Shown: positions 7,198 to 10,097 of the stretch, piece after piece | Layout of the letters: every line of letters starts with the position of its first letter | Position numbering within the stretch: the first letter of the stretch is position 1 | The notes under the pieces: generated by a model | The model's database searches: none | Told to the model about the DNA's origin: nothing | Seen by the model: only the letters and a program-made list of their open reading frames with translations | Source: a bacterium | Lineage (GTDB): Bacteria; RBG-13-61-14; DATKZS01 | Direction of reading: 5' to 3' | Assembly (NCBI GenBank): GCA_046484135.1 | Contig: JAWOBU010000156.1 | Coordinates: forward strand, 1-10,097 | Length of the DNA stretch: 10,097 bases | Made by a program: the position numbers and the translations under genes

Positions 7198-8918
7198 AAA
7201 CAAAAAGACCGCTCCTTGTACTGCTCCTTTTTGCCGCGGCCATAGCCGTGCACTTCTGCGCCCTCCGCTACGGGTTCGTGTCCGACGAAAAGCTGCTTAT
7301 AACCGAAAACCGGACGGTACGCGAGTTCCGCGTCGGCGAGATCATTACCGGCAAGTTCTGGCCCGGCCAGTACAAAGGCGTTTACTACCGGCCCGCGGTT
7401 ACCCTGTCTTACGCACTCGGCCATGCCGCGGCAGGGGAAGCGCCCTGGGTCCATCATCTTTTCAACTTCGTCCTTCACGCCCTGTGCGTTGCGGGCGCTT
7501 ACTTCCTGTTCAGGAGGCTTTTCAGAAAAGAGGTCCCCGCGTTCCTGGGCGCCCTTGCCTTTGCCGTGCATCCTGTGCATACCGAGTCAGTGGTGTGGAT
7601 CGCCGGCCGGACCGATGTCATGGCCGCGGCGTTCGGGGTTTTCGCCTGGCTCTTATTGTACCGGGCCAGGGAAGCGGGCCATAACTCCGCCCGAGTCGGT
7701 TGGTACTTCTGTTCGCTTTTGCTTTTCCTGTTGTCGCTCGGGTCAAAGGAAACGGCAATGGTGTTTCCCGCTCTGGTAATCGCCGCCGACTACTTTCTGG
7801 CGAACGGCGACGCTTTCGATTTCCGGGCCTTAAAAAAGCGCGCGCCCGAGTACGCGGCCATGGCTTTGGTGGTAGCTGTTTATATAATTGTCCGGGGGGT
7901 CATCCTCTCGGGCGAAGGATATGAGCCTGCCGCGGACCCGCTGGCTTCTCTATACATGGCAAAGCGGGGTTTGTCGGTGATTGCCTTGTTCGCTCTGTCC
8001 TTTGCGGTCATGGTCTGGCCGCATCCGTGGACGCCCGACTTCGCCTATGAAAAGGCTTTCACCGGAGCTCCCCTCTGGCTCCTCTTGGTGGCCGCGGCCT
8101 TTGTCGTTTTCCTTGCCGGCGTTACGCTCCAGTACCGCAAACGCACACCGCTCTACTGCTTTTGCGGCGCAGGCTTTTTCATATCCGTCCTGCCTTTTTC
8201 TCACCTCTTGCCCTTTCCCACCGTGTTCGCGGAGCGCTTTCTCTACATCCCGAGTTTTTTCTTCTGCGGCGGGCTGGGCCTGTTGCTTCATGATCTGATC
8301 ACGATATCTTGGGTAAGGAGAGCGGCCGTTTCTGTGGTGGCCGTGTTCTTTATCGTGCTTGCCGCTCTGAGCACGGCGCGGGCCGGTTACTTCAAAAGCG
8401 GCATCGAGTTCTGGCAAAGCGTAATAAAAGAGGCCCCTCATCTTCCAGTTGCCTATCACTGGCTGGGCAACTTCTACAAAAAGGAGCAGGCGTACACCCG
8501 GGCGGCGGACCATTATAAAAGGGCATTGGAGCTTGATTCCGGGTTTACGCCCGCCCGGCTCAACCTGGTTTATGCTTTGATTATGTCCGGCAGGCAGGAG
8601 GACGCGGCAAAGCGGCTTACCAAGCTTGCCGATAAAGAAGGGCTCTCAGAGGACACGCTGGAGTCGGTGGCTGACCTTTATAACGAGCTCGGGCTTTCTT
8701 ACTTCAGGCGGTACCAATGGCAGGTCACGGCCCGGCAGTGGAAACGGGCATTAGAGATGTCCCCTCAAAACCCGGAGTCCCACATACTGCTCGCCCGGCT
8801 TTACCTTACCGTCCTGGACGATGAAGAAAAAGGAGTGTCTCACCTTCAGAAGGCCCGCAAGATCGCTCCCGACCATCCGCTTCTGAAAAGGCTCGAGAAG
8901 CAACTTAAGAGATATTAA
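7194..8918 (+). CDS. TMTC-like (transmembrane and TPR-containing) GT-C glycosyltransferase, putative protein O-glycosyl/mannosyltransferase
   Basis: TMTC-type motifs in the expected order: 'GFVSDE', 'YYRP', 'LAFAVHPVHTESVVWIAGRTDV', 'SKE', 'AERFLYIPS', then TPRs. The GTG start overlaps the upstream TGA (GTGA, 7194-7197) and is preceded by SD-like GGAGG. Confidence 0.88.
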   Translation: MKTKRPLLVLLLFAAAIAVHFCALRYGFVSDEKLLITENRTVREFRVGEIITGKFWPGQYKGVYYRPAVTLSYALGHAAAGEAPWVHHLFNFVLHALCVAGAYFLFRRLFRKEVPAFLGALAFAVHPVHTESVVWIAGRTDVMAAAFGVFAWLLLYRAREAGHNSARVGWYFCSLLLFLLSLGSKETAMVFPALVIAADYFLANGDAFDFRALKKRAPEYAAMALVVAVYIIVRGVILSGEGYEPAADPLASLYMAKRGLSVIALFALSFAVMVWPHPWTPDFAYEKAFTGAPLWLLLVAAAFVVFLAGVTLQYRKRTPLYCFCGAGFFISVLPFSHLLPFPTVFAERFLYIPSFFFCGGLGLLLHDLITISWVRRAAVSVVAVFFIVLAALSTARAGYFKSGIEFWQSVIKEAPHLPVAYHWLGNFYKKEQAYTRAADHYKRALELDSGFTPARLNLVYALIMSGRQEDAAKRLTKLADKEGLSEDTLESVADLYNELGLSYFRRYQWQVTARQWKRALEMSPQNPESHILLARLYLTVLDDEEKGVSHLQKARKIAPDHPLLKRLEKQLKRY

Positions 8919-9634
8919 AGCCCGAGATACCTGCGCGCCAGAAGCCGCCACACCTCGACCGCGGCCCGCAGTATGACCGGCAGGCTGCCGCCGCTGCTCC
9001 TTCCCGCGGCCCGCGGCAGGTGGGTTACCGGCACCTGCACCGGCTCGATGCCTTTCAGCCTCGCGGCCAGAAAAAGCTCGGTGTTTATAAGAGCGCCGCG
9101 CGAGACAAATGACCAGCCCTTTATAATGTCCTTTTGAAACAGCTTGAAAGCGCAGTTTACGTCCCGGGCCTTGATCCCGAACAGTAAGCGCATGGCCCCG
9201 GAAAACAGCCTGCCGTAAAGAAGGCGGTGGAAGGGGTCCTGCCGGCTGGTCCTTTCACCCGCGACGAAGCGGCTCGTGCCTGCGAGGCGGACGAGCTTTT
9301 CCAAATCGGCGGGCTCGAACTGACCGTCTGCATCCATGAAGAACATCCAGTCCTTTTGCGCGGCATCAAACCCGGTCCGAAGGGCCGCTCCATAGCCCTG
9401 GTTCTCCTCGTGCCTTACAGGCCTGATCCGGGGGTCGTCGCCCGCCAGCCGGGAGGCGACCTCGAAGGTCCCGTCCGCGCTCCCGTCGTCAACCACTATG
9501 ACCTCGAAGCCGGAGGAGTGCTTCTCGAGCGCGGGCACAAGCGCACCGATTACTCCCTCCAGGTTCCCCTGTTCGTTATGCGCGGGGAGCACCGCGGAGA
9601 TGGAAAGCCGGTCCTCTGCACCTTTCTCTTCCAT
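8915..9634 (-). CDS. Glycosyltransferase family 2, DPM1-like (putative polyprenol-phosphate glycosyltransferase)
   Basis: Motifs 'VLPAHNE', 'VVDDGSADGT', 'NQGYGAAL', DxD in 'FMDADGQ', 'DVNCAFKLF' and a C-terminal amphipathic/basic helix; 239 aa. Confidence 0.9.
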   Translation of the reverse strand: MEEKGAEDRLSISAVLPAHNEQGNLEGVIGALVPALEKHSSGFEVIVVDDGSADGTFEVASRLAGDDPRIRPVRHEENQGYGAALRTGFDAAQKDWMFFMDADGQFEPADLEKLVRLAGTSRFVAGERTSRQDPFHRLLYGRLFSGAMRLLFGIKARDVNCAFKLFQKDIIKGWSFVSRGALINTELFLAARLKGIEPVQVPVTHLPRAAGRSSGGSLPVILRAAVEVWRLLARRYLGL

Positions 9635-9681
9635 ACTTCAGTTTTAAACCTTCCAAAATCAAAACAGGGTCAACGTATTTA

Positions 9682-9904
9682 AGTGTGGGTAACAAGAGAA
9701 TGTCTATTACCGACATCGGAGCTTTCCTTATGATTATAAAGACTGTTTTGCGTTTTCCGCATTCTCGGCTGCCAGCGGGGAGAGGCCGGGCCAGTTCCGG
9801 CCTTTTCCCTGTCCCGGCCTGTCTGCCCTGTCTGCGTGCGGAACGCACAGGCAGGCTGGAAGCCCTGAAAGCGATAAACGCATCTTTTTCTATCCACCCA
9901 CACT
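9682..9904 (+). other. Long nested imperfect foldback (candidate structured ncRNA or miniature inverted-repeat element)
   Basis: Perfect 9-bp terminal inverted repeat AGTGTGGGT (9682-9690)/ACCCACACT (9896-9904), with collinear nested stems 9740-9761/9837-9857, 9767-9771/9815-9819 and 9777-9790/9796-9809. Confidence 0.4.
9818..9856. repeat. REP-like palindrome with tandem 9-mer
   Basis: CCTGTCTGC occurs twice in tandem (9818-9826, 9827-9835). CCTGTCTGCGTGCG-GAA-CGCACAGGCAGG (9827-9855) forms a 12-bp hairpin with a 2-nt bulge and one G-U pair. Confidence 0.5.
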
Positions 9905-10097
9905 AAAAAAGCCTGTTTAAAAAGGGTTCAGCCCGGAAAAAGGCTGTTTCATATGCCAGTGTTTTTGATAATGTAGATGTCTATAAATATTCAACGTATC
10001 AAAAAACATCATCATGAAAACCTTTTTCGGAGCTATTTTAACTCTTTGAATCTATTGCCATTTTATGGTTTTGGCACGCTTCAAATGTTGCTTTTCA

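Noticed and set aside
629..9682. Numerous other 60-200 aa overlapping ORFs in the track (e.g. 629-1237, 3837-4385, 6697-7203, 7130-7684, 7950-8513, 9227-9682)
   Set aside because: They lie wholly or largely within better-supported genes, in other frames or on the opposite strand, and show no recognisable family motifs.
9682..9904. Retron msr-msd, integron attC site or CRISPR array as the explanation of the foldback
   Set aside because: There is no reverse transcriptase, integrase or cas gene in the window, no RYYYAAC/GTTRRRY ends and no repeat-spacer periodicity.
9576..9906. Small ORFs 9576-9848, 9679-9903 and 9685-9906
   Set aside because: They have no SD or motifs and run through palindromic repeat sequence; the region is better explained as non-coding structure.
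9670..9999. Direct repeat TCAACGTAT at 9670-9678 and 9991-9999
   Set aside because: A single 9-mer pair across several hundred AT-rich bases is compatible with chance, although a target-site duplication cannot be fully excluded without an empty-site comparison.
10069..10092. Sigma54 promoter (perfect TGGCACG -24 box at 10072-10078 with a downstream TTGC)
   Set aside because: Sigma54 needs TGGCACG-N4-TTGC. Here TTGC (10088-10091) is 9 nt after the box and the correct position reads AAAT.

Overview
This is a bacterial window, GC-rich in coding regions, with eight credible protein-coding genes and no rRNA, tRNA, CRISPR array or transposase. In order: the 3' end of a TolB/PD40-type beta-propeller protein with a Cys-containing C-terminal sorting-signal-like tail, followed by an intrinsic terminator; a DUF318/ArsP-family permease; a TPR lipoprotein (-); a TerC/Alx metal-efflux membrane protein (-); a MoxR AAA+ ATPase (-) with no adjacent VWA partner; a divergent promoter region; two translationally coupled GT-C-fold glycosyltransferases with C-terminal TPRs (one ArnT/PMT-like, one TMTC-like); and a convergent DPM1-like GT2 enzyme whose stop codon overlaps that of the TMTC-like gene. 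The last three genes could together form a polyprenol-phosphate-sugar-dependent protein glycosylation module. The final ~460 bp are non-coding and contain a ~223-nt nested foldback with a competing REP-like hairpin. All family calls come from motif recognition by eye and all RNA pairings were made by hand; no searches or folding programs were run.
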